From positions 1 to 29,312 of the IMG/VR virus record IMGVR_UViG_2778261593_000009: 29,312 nucleotides of DNA, one strand, 5' to 3'. Under the pieces are notes generated by a model. The model was not told where the DNA came from. It did no database searches and saw only the letters and a list, made by a program, of their open reading frames with translations. Source of the stretch: a virus (taxonomy: Duplodnaviria > Heunggongvirae > Uroviricota > Caudoviricetes). The translations under genes were made by a program, and so were the position numbers. Positions 1 through 6,160 of this stretch are shown here, in pieces. How positions within the stretch are numbered: position 1 is the first letter of the stretch; each line of letters starts with the position of its first letter.

Positions 1-54
1 GGTATCCGTTCTGCTGAAGTGTCATGGCGTTGATTTTACGGTGACTCTTCGACA

Positions 55-85
55 GTGAAAAGAAAAAAGGCCGCAGAGCGGCCAT
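55..85 (-). terminator. Rho-independent terminator downstream of the minus-strand gene 193-642
   Basis: GC hairpin GGCCGC-aga-GCGGCC (about 69-83) directly preceded on the + strand by an A-run, i.e. followed by a U-run on the - strand. Confidence 0.5.
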
Positions 86-192
86 AACCACAGACAAAAA
101 TCAATAAGTTAGATAATTATCAAATACTTACAGACACGTAAAAACACAACTAACCACAACAAGTAACAGAGATGTGGTCACTTTGTGGATCA

Positions 193-642
193 TCAGCCAA
201 CAAATTTTGCAATGAAATACGTAGCCGCCGCTGTAAAAAGCGAAGTAAAGACGGCTATACACACGGGTATAATGATGCCACTCAACCGCCACTTCGTATT
301 ATCATCAACTTTGTCAAACCGCCGATTCATCTCATCCATAATCTTGTCAAAGCGTTTATCCATCGCTTCGGTAATCTCACCCTTCAGGCTGTTAATGTCT
401 GATTTGATCTGATCTTTCAGGTGAGCTGTATCAGATTTAAGCTCCCCTTTCAGATTCGCAATATCGCATTTAAGATCACCTTTCAGATGTGCTGTGTCTG
501 CTTTGAGCTCACCTTTCACCTCACCAACATCGGCTTTGGTTGAAAGGTTTGTAGTGCGTTCAGCAAGCGTCGCAAGGTCGTTTCTTGTTAGCGATAAATC
601 ACCTTCGAGTCGCTCAATTCGTCTTTCAAGTTTATCTGACAT
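193..642 (-). CDS. Coiled-coil protein with about six 11-residue tandem repeats (LKGELKxDxxx) and a C-terminal hydrophobic membrane anchor; function unknown
   Basis: Track ORF 193-753; start placed at internal ATG (MSDKLERRIE...) because it is immediately preceded by GGAGGTGG. Hendecad periodicity and hydrophobic C-terminus (IIIPVCIAVFTSLFTAAATYFIA) read from the translation. Confidence 0.65.
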   Translation of the reverse strand: MSDKLERRIERLEGDLSLTRNDLATLAERTTNLSTKADVGEVKGELKADTAHLKGDLKCDIANLKGELKSDTAHLKDQIKSDINSLKGEITEAMDKRFDKIMDEMNRRFDKVDDNTKWRLSGIIIPVCIAVFTSLFTAAATYFIAKFVG

Positions 643-753
643 TCCACCTCCACTATTACCGCCTCCTCCACTGAAAGATGGGCCATCATCAAAAGAGTTG
701 CTAATGCCATCACGAATGGGGGTTACGCCATGCCCGCTTTTAGCACACGCCAC

Positions 754-1143
754 TCAGATTCCCTCCCAATCTATATATCCTTTATCTCTTGCCCAACGAA
801 CAACTGTGTGAGCTGTATATGTGGATGTGAAGCCGCAATAAGAACATGACACTTCATACCGGAAATTGTAGATGCTAATGGGGCCGTTCTCCTTACGTAT
901 GGGAGTGACATATTCCCAATCATTTGAATCATCAAGTTCAGGATCAGTGCCGTGAACAACCGTATGTGGAACAAATAGATCTGGGCGTCCACACGAGAGA
1001 CAAGAGGTTTTAGCACCTCTATCTGTGAGAAATTGAATAAATAATTTGGGCGTAATTTTCTGCAAGACCTGCACATGCTCACGTTCCTTATCATTAAGAG
1101 GCCTGCCAAGATATAGAAAATCATCAAATTTAAGAGGCTTCAT
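754..1143 (-). CDS. Hypothetical protein with two CxxC motifs (putative zinc ribbon); function unknown
   Basis: Track ORF 754-1158; start placed at MKPLKFDD, preceded by GGAGAAG; CLSCG and CSYCG motifs; start overlaps the 3' end of int by about 14 nt, suggesting translational coupling. Confidence 0.55.
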   Translation of the reverse strand: MKPLKFDDFLYLGRPLNDKEREHVQVLQKITPKLFIQFLTDRGAKTSCLSCGRPDLFVPHTVVHGTDPELDDSNDWEYVTPIRKENGPISIYNFRYEVSCSYCGFTSTYTAHTVVRWARDKGYIDWEGI

Positions 1144-2122
1144 ATACGGCTTCTCCAAGAGGATTAAATTTCACCGCATCCTGCAAGTAATCCGGCGCAA
1201 GATGGGCATAAATCATCGTTGTCTGAATCTTTGCGTGCCCCAGAATTTTCTGGAGCGTCAGAATATTGCCGCCGTTCATCATGAAATGACTGGCGAAGGT
1301 GTGGCGCAGCGCATGAACAGCCTGGCCATCAGGGACATCAGGTGCGACCGTTTTGATGACATCGCGAACCAATGGATAATCCAGCGTCGGAAACACCAGT
1401 TTCCCGCCCCGTTTTTTGATCTTTTCAAACAGGCTTTCAGAAATAGGAACGGTACGGTTTTTGTTGTTCTTCGTTTTTGAAAAAGTGATTCGACAATGAA
1501 GAACACGGCGCTGCTCCAGTGCCGCTACCTCGCCCCATCGCGCCCCGGTCGACAGAAGGATTTCGACAGCCAGCCGTTCATCGGGATTTTCAGCCAGTGC
1601 ATCCAGCAACTGAACACATTCAGACTTACTCAGATATCCCATTTCGCGCTCGTTAACCTTCATTCCTTTAAGGCCTTGAACGGGGTTATCGTTAAGAAAA
1701 TGGCCGGATGAGATGAGTGCGGTAAACATCGCGCTTAACGCCCCAATCTCTCGATTTATGGTGCTGGGCTGTATCCCCTGCTCTATCCTGGACACACGTA
1801 GCTCGGTGAGCATCGTTGTATTAAGTTTATGCACGCACGGGTCATCCATTGCCTCACTCAAGCGCAGCAATTTAAGGCGCGTGTTATGCCCTGACTTCAT
1901 TAGCTGGCCGTGGTATTTCCACCACAAGTCAATAAGCACTGACAGAGGACGGCGATCAATAGAGTTTCCTTTCCACTCATTGTTATGCTGTTGCGCCAGC
2001 ACCCACCGCTCATATAAAACTGCATCCGATTTCGTTTTAAATTTTTTACGAATGCGTTTGCCTTTTCGCCCCTCCGGGCGCATGTCAAGAAGATACCCTC
2101 CCGGAATTGATTTTATGCTCAT
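1130..2122 (-). CDS. int: Phage integrase, tyrosine recombinase (P2 Int-like)
   Basis: C-terminal catalytic region ALRHTFASHF...LGHAKIQTTMIYAHL (R-H-R-Y family signature); N-terminus MSIKSIPGGYLLDMRPEGRKGKRIRKKF resembles my recollection of P2 Int, so start set at that Met rather than the upstream track start. Confidence 0.9.
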   Translation of the reverse strand: MSIKSIPGGYLLDMRPEGRKGKRIRKKFKTKSDAVLYERWVLAQQHNNEWKGNSIDRRPLSVLIDLWWKYHGQLMKSGHNTRLKLLRLSEAMDDPCVHKLNTTMLTELRVSRIEQGIQPSTINREIGALSAMFTALISSGHFLNDNPVQGLKGMKVNEREMGYLSKSECVQLLDALAENPDERLAVEILLSTGARWGEVAALEQRRVLHCRITFSKTKNNKNRTVPISESLFEKIKKRGGKLVFPTLDYPLVRDVIKTVAPDVPDGQAVHALRHTFASHFMMNGGNILTLQKILGHAKIQTTMIYAHLAPDYLQDAVKFNPLGEAVYEAS

Positions 2123-2171
2123 TCGTGAAACCCCAGCGTTACAAGACCACCATGCCCCCAGCGCTCCATGA

Positions 2172-2480
2172 TTAGCCGGGCTGTGTGCCAGTCTTGCGGG
2201 GTTTTTGAGAAGGCGATGTGCTTTTTGGCCCATCAGGGGAGAGAGACGGACTGATCTGCCCAGCAGCCTCATTTGTTTTTCCCGTCATAAGCCAATTCAT
2301 GTACTTAAAAAAGCGAGGGTGATTAACAATCTTGATAAGCACTTCGCCCCCTATGTTTTCAATCCGCCCCGTTTCATAACGACGCAAAGTGCCGATAGGC
2401 ACATCAATCAGGCCGCAAAATTCTTCGCGCGTTAAATCCTCTGATTCACGAATCACTCTAATTTTTTCACCGATAAGCAT
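2172..2480 (-). CDS. C: Immunity repressor, P2 C-like
   Basis: Position immediately upstream of int on the same strand; HTH region and C-terminal FFKYMNWLMTGKTNEAAGQISPSL resembling recalled P2 C; start taken at MLIGEKIRVI (track ORF begins at an upstream alternative start). Confidence 0.7.
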   Translation of the reverse strand: MLIGEKIRVIRESEDLTREEFCGLIDVPIGTLRRYETGRIENIGGEVLIKIVNHPRFFKYMNWLMTGKTNEAAGQISPSLSPDGPKSTSPSQKPRKTGTQPG

Positions 2481-2576
2481 TGACAGTGTTCCTATAAGTA
2501 CACTAAGCTTGCGCACAAGGTGTACTTATAAGTACACCAAGTCACAAACAACCACAGATAGCACAGGTTATCACAC
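2481..2576. promoter_or_regulatory. Divergent promoter/operator switch region between repressor and early operon
   Basis: 18-bp perfect palindrome GTGTACTTATAAGTACAC (about 2521-2538) plus a second copy of the half-site TATAAGTACAC (about 2494-2504) between two divergently transcribed genes. Confidence 0.6.
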
Positions 2577-2855
2577 ATGGCAAAAGTCCTGAACACACAC
2601 GAACAGGCAGACTTTGAGCGTTTAGCAGCGTTCTATCCCTACCGCGATGAGCATGGGTTATCAGTACTTGAAGAAAGCCTGAAAGATTACGCAAAGCGTA
2701 CCAACCAAGCTGTTAACACAGTGAAAAGACAGGCTGACAGAGGTTCAATTCCCATCAACCAGGATGAAAAGAACTCAAGACGCACAGTAAATCTCTTCGC
2801 TCTTTTCCTGAAAACAATCAGGAGCGCAGAAAAATACGTGCAGATGACAAAATAA
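2577..2855 (+). CDS. First early-operon gene; possible Cox/Apl-like small regulator (positional inference only)
   Basis: 92-aa ORF at the position occupied by cox/apl in P2/186; no sequence similarity to P2 Cox that I can recognise. Confidence 0.5.
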   Translation: MAKVLNTHEQADFERLAAFYPYRDEHGLSVLEESLKDYAKRTNQAVNTVKRQADRGSIPINQDEKNSRRTVNLFALFLKTIRSAEKYVQMTK

Positions 2856-2869
2856 CGAGGTGTCATTTT

Positions 2870-3208
2870 ATGCTGAAGCAACGCCGTAATTTTCGTACCG
2901 GAACAGAACGCCACGCTAACCGTTTCACTACCAGTGCATCACGCAGCAACATCCGCTACAGCCTGAGTGATACACACGCAACGCCGGATGGCTACCCAGT
3001 AAAACAAATCGGCGAGCACGCCTGGCTGATTGAGAAAGCTGGAATCGTGATCCACAAATGCCCACGCAATCCGTTTACCGGAAACCGCATTTTTGCATTG
3101 AGCTGCGGCGACAATCACTTCGGGCAGGATTTCACATTATACGAAGCACTACGCACGGTTGATCGTCTGCTTCGCGGGCAAAGTTTTATTAAACAGGCTG
3201 ATTTATAA
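2870..3208 (+). CDS. Hypothetical early protein
   Basis: ATG start with upstream GAGG; tightly packed in the early operon. Confidence 0.55.
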   Translation: MLKQRRNFRTGTERHANRFTTSASRSNIRYSLSDTHATPDGYPVKQIGEHAWLIEKAGIVIHKCPRNPFTGNRIFALSCGDNHFGQDFTLYEALRTVDRLLRGQSFIKQADL

Positions 3209-3218
3209 CAGGTGCTTT

Positions 3219-3497
3219 ATGACCAAAGAGCATGCACAAGGTGTATTTATCCGTTTTATTGATTTTCGCGGTGAACTGTTATTACGCGCATCAGCCATTG
3301 ACGGAGTTGTTCCATCCGAAAAAAACGCAGCTACTTACGTTTATCTGAACGGTACGTGCCTGACTGTGGAGCTTCCGTACCAGACCGTGCGAGAAATCAT
3401 TAGCGAAGCTGAAAAGGCACGTCAGATTAATAGCGATGAACCATACATCGAAATTATCTGCATGGATTCAGAAGCAGAAATCCAGAAGGCAGATTAA
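3219..3497 (+). CDS. Hypothetical early protein
   Basis: Track ORF 3159-3497 begins at TTG; first in-frame ATG (MTKEHAQG...) chosen. Confidence 0.5.
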   Translation: MTKEHAQGVFIRFIDFRGELLLRASAIDGVVPSEKNAATYVYLNGTCLTVELPYQTVREIISEAEKARQINSDEPYIEIICMDSEAEIQKAD

Positions 3498-3508
3498 AGG
3501 GCGTTGCG

Positions 3509-3751
3509 ATGGATAAAGAATATAAAACTCTCGTCAATAAAGCACTTGAGCGCTTTCATTTTCGCTTAAGCGCATCAGGCACTCATGCTGAACGCGCAGC
3601 TCAAGAGTCATTGACCAGGGCCATCAAGAGTATATACGACACGGCTTTTTACATTGACGATCCGGATGCGCTCGACGAGCTTTCCATACTCGTCTGCGCC
3701 GCAGAAAACGGGGACCACATTGAACCGTATAACCTGGGGAATATCGCATGA
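3509..3751 (+). CDS. Hypothetical early protein
   Basis: 80-aa ORF with ATG start. Confidence 0.55.
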   Translation: MDKEYKTLVNKALERFHFRLSASGTHAERAAQESLTRAIKSIYDTAFYIDDPDALDELSILVCAAENGDHIEPYNLGNIA

Positions 3752-3953
3752 GCATATTTATCTCATGGCTTGTTCTGATTATTTCGGTGGCCTGCGCTAT
3801 TGGGATTATGCGAATTATTCATTCAGTGAAAAAGATTGAGCGTTTTTTCTCTGACGAATAACAGCACAAATAAAACACCACATTAAACAAGAAAACGTGA
3901 AAACAATCCGCACTCGCGGAGGTATTCGCACACACAAATAACGAGGATACAAA

Positions 3954-4367
3954 ATGAACGCTAAAGATACAGTCACCATCACCAAACTGAAAAAAATATC
4001 AGAAATGGAAGATGCATTAGCCAGGCAGGCACTGAGAGAAGGGGTTATTCCCTTTTATGTTCGTTCAATGGCTATAGCAGAAGTCACCGCAAGTGCTGCT
4101 GGACTTATTGAAAGCCTGAACAACGAAATCAGCACTCTCAAAGCTCAATTAGCCGGCACCAACACTTCTTCCCCCAGCATTGGGAAACGGGTCTTTATCA
4201 TCAACAACCCACAACAGGAATACATCATCCTGGCAGACCTGCAGGGGAGCTACATGATTGCTGCGGTTCCAGCAAATGAGAGCGAACCGCTGAGTGATGT
4301 ACACATCATCAGACGCGACCGGATTGCGTTCATCGACATAGCAACCTCTTCCCCATTTAACGCATAA
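3954..4367 (+). CDS. Hypothetical early protein
   Basis: 137-aa ORF; ATG preceded by ACGAGGA. Confidence 0.6.
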   Translation: MNAKDTVTITKLKKISEMEDALARQALREGVIPFYVRSMAIAEVTASAAGLIESLNNEISTLKAQLAGTNTSSPSIGKRVFIINNPQQEYIILADLQGSYMIAAVPANESEPLSDVHIIRRDRIAFIDIATSSPFNA

Positions 4368-4395
4368 CCCCATGAAAAACCAAAGGAGCACAGCG

Positions 4396-4596
4396 ATGAT
4401 CAAATCATTCTTAACCGTACATTTCACATCGGGCGGCATTGAATACGACGTGGAATACAGCCTGATCGATCACGACAGAACAGCCCCCTCCCGCAGCGAG
4501 CCCGGTATTCATCACATCTGGCTTAAGAACGGGAAGCATTACGTGGCTACTAACGTGATGTATGTGCAGGTCCTGCGCAAAAAAGCAGGTAACTGA
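4396..4596 (+). CDS. Hypothetical early protein
   Basis: Start moved to MIKSFLTV because of the strong AAGGAG 7 nt upstream. Confidence 0.5.
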   Translation: MIKSFLTVHFTSGGIEYDVEYSLIDHDRTAPSRSEPGIHHIWLKNGKHYVATNVMYVQVLRKKAGN

Positions 4597-4621
4597 TGAC
4601 TCAGGTACAGGAGCCACGCAG

Positions 4622-4867
4622 ATGACCATTCTGGACTATATCGCCGCCAATCCGGGGTGTAGCGGTGGAGGAATCGCCGCAGCACTGAATACCCCAACCA
4701 CAGCCATTAATGCTGAGTTACGCCGACTCTGGCGCAGCGGTTCAGTCATAAGAAAAGAGCGCAAAACAGGCGGTCACTTTTCTTACCAGATAAACCCGAT
4801 GCCGTTCGGGTGTAGCAATCCACTTACCAACATGTTTAACCAGCTACTGAAGGAAGCCAGAGCATGA
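4622..4867 (+). CDS. Hypothetical early protein, possible winged-helix DNA-binding protein
   Basis: Start at MTILDYIAANPG preceded by AGGAG; HTH-like segment GIAAALNTPTTAINAELRRL. Confidence 0.5.
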   Translation: MTILDYIAANPGCSGGGIAAALNTPTTAINAELRRLWRSGSVIRKERKTGGHFSYQINPMPFGCSNPLTNMFNQLLKEARA

Positions 4868-5163
4868 GCGCCATCAACCACCAGGAATTACGCGAACTGG
4901 CGACTGACCTGCAACGAATGGCAACGCCTCAAAAATTACTGGCGTTTCGCGCAATGCTCTCGCCGTCTGCTGTGCTGGCGCTGCTGGATGAGCTGGAGCA
5001 CGCCAGAACCACACCTCTCGCCATTCGCCTGACACTCCGCCATGAAATCGAGGATTTCTGCGCGACGTTGGAGGCGCCAGGCGAACCGGAAACGCCGGAA
5101 GCAATACAGCAAGAGCTGCTGCAACGCATTGACAAGGTTTTTGATTTTTTTCTGAACCAGTAA
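4864..5163 (+). CDS. Hypothetical early protein
   Basis: 99-aa ORF; ATGA overlap with the upstream gene. Confidence 0.55.
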   Translation: MSAINHQELRELATDLQRMATPQKLLAFRAMLSPSAVLALLDELEHARTTPLAIRLTLRHEIEDFCATLEAPGEPETPEAIQQELLQRIDKVFDFFLNQ

Positions 5164-5285
5164 GAAACCAGAACATGCACACACAAAAAAACCGCTTGCC
5201 ATGCCGCAATCAGTCAGGTTACATTTCTGCTGCACCTCACAAAACGGGTGCCGGGTTTCGCAGCCTGCTGACTACACAAGCGCAC

Positions 5286-5307
5286 AACCGCGCCAGCGGT
5301 TTTTTTG
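5286..5307 (+). terminator. Rho-independent terminator after the early operon
   Basis: Hairpin ACCGC-gcca-GCGGT followed by a run of seven T. Confidence 0.5.
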
Positions 5308-5485
5308 TGCGTACTGTATTGCCACGTTTTTTTCGCGTCAGAATTATGGCGGGGCGTACGGGGCCGACTTCGGTCGGGCCGGGTTCTTGTGTAGCCGGTA
5401 CTGCGAACCTCGTACGTCTCGCCACCCACAGTTTCGCAGCTCTGGATGGTGAGTTTTCACAACTTACTACACAAGGGGCCACACC

Positions 5486-5716
5486 ATGGCAAACCGCAAA
5501 CCACACCGCGCTATCGCGGAGCGTCGTCACATCCAGACTGAAATCAACCGCAGACTTTTCCGCGCATCACGCGTCGCGCAAATCATGCACATCAATATGC
5601 TGCATGAGCGCAGCCACGCACTCTCAAACATTTATTCCGCCTCTGTTTTCAGCTATCTGGCGGATGATCTGCGCGAGCTTCAGCAGCTCATCCAGCAGCA
5701 AAACAAACTCCATTAA
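5486..5716 (+). CDS. Hypothetical protein
   Basis: 76-aa ORF; ATG preceded by AAGGGG. Confidence 0.45.
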   Translation: MANRKPHRAIAERRHIQTEINRRLFRASRVAQIMHINMLHERSHALSNIYSASVFSYLADDLRELQQLIQQQNKLH

Positions 5717-5788
5717 TTCCTGTTCCGGGCCTTTCCTGCACCTTGCGGCGGGAGGCCTTCGCACATCTGTAACAAGAGGATTGCCGCA

Positions 5789-6154
5789 ATGATTCTCGCC
5801 AACGACTTTCTTGAATACCTGCTCAACACAGAGCGTGATCTTGCCGTTCGCGTGCGTGAACGTTATGACATGTACCTGAAATCCCTGCCTGTACCGCAGC
5901 TCGCTGACGGAAAGATTATTATTGATGGTCGTTACATGATTGACAGCCACGAGGGAAATTACAGGCTTTACCGTATTGAAGGTGGCACCCCGTCCGTTAT
6001 TGGCATTTACCAGCGCCCATCCTCTGCGATCGTTGATGTGATTGCCGACAGCATCCGCATCACACATCACTATGCCGACACAGAAGACACCGTGCTGGAA
6101 ATTCAGCGGCTGGCTACCGTCTGCCGCGACACCCTGAATGGCATGACGAAGTAA
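5789..6154 (+). CDS. Hypothetical protein immediately upstream of the replication gene
   Basis: 121-aa ORF; ATG preceded by AGAGGA. Confidence 0.55.
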   Translation: MILANDFLEYLLNTERDLAVRVRERYDMYLKSLPVPQLADGKIIIDGRYMIDSHEGNYRLYRIEGGTPSVIGIYQRPSSAIVDVIADSIRITHHYADTEDTVLEIQRLATVCRDTLNGMTK

Positions 6155-6160
6155 ATCACT

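Noticed and set aside
1-192. Possible tRNA or attL core at the left edge
   Set aside because: No tRNA-like structure recognisable; the att site cannot be defined without an empty-site comparison, so it is left unannotated.
2172-2516. Longer repressor start at the track-predicted upstream codon
   Set aside because: The track start is a non-ATG codon; the internal ATG gives a protein of about 102 aa matching the expected P2 C-like size.
5164-5485. Possible retron msr/msd or tRNA in the noncoding island
   Set aside because: No reverse transcriptase gene adjacent and no cloverleaf-compatible structure evident; kept only as an unexplained regulatory/sRNA candidate.
5175-5792. 205-aa plus-strand ORF spanning the intergenic island
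   Set aside because: Runs through the rho-independent terminator and overlaps gene 5486-5716 in another frame; Ser/Arg/Ala-rich low-complexity translation.
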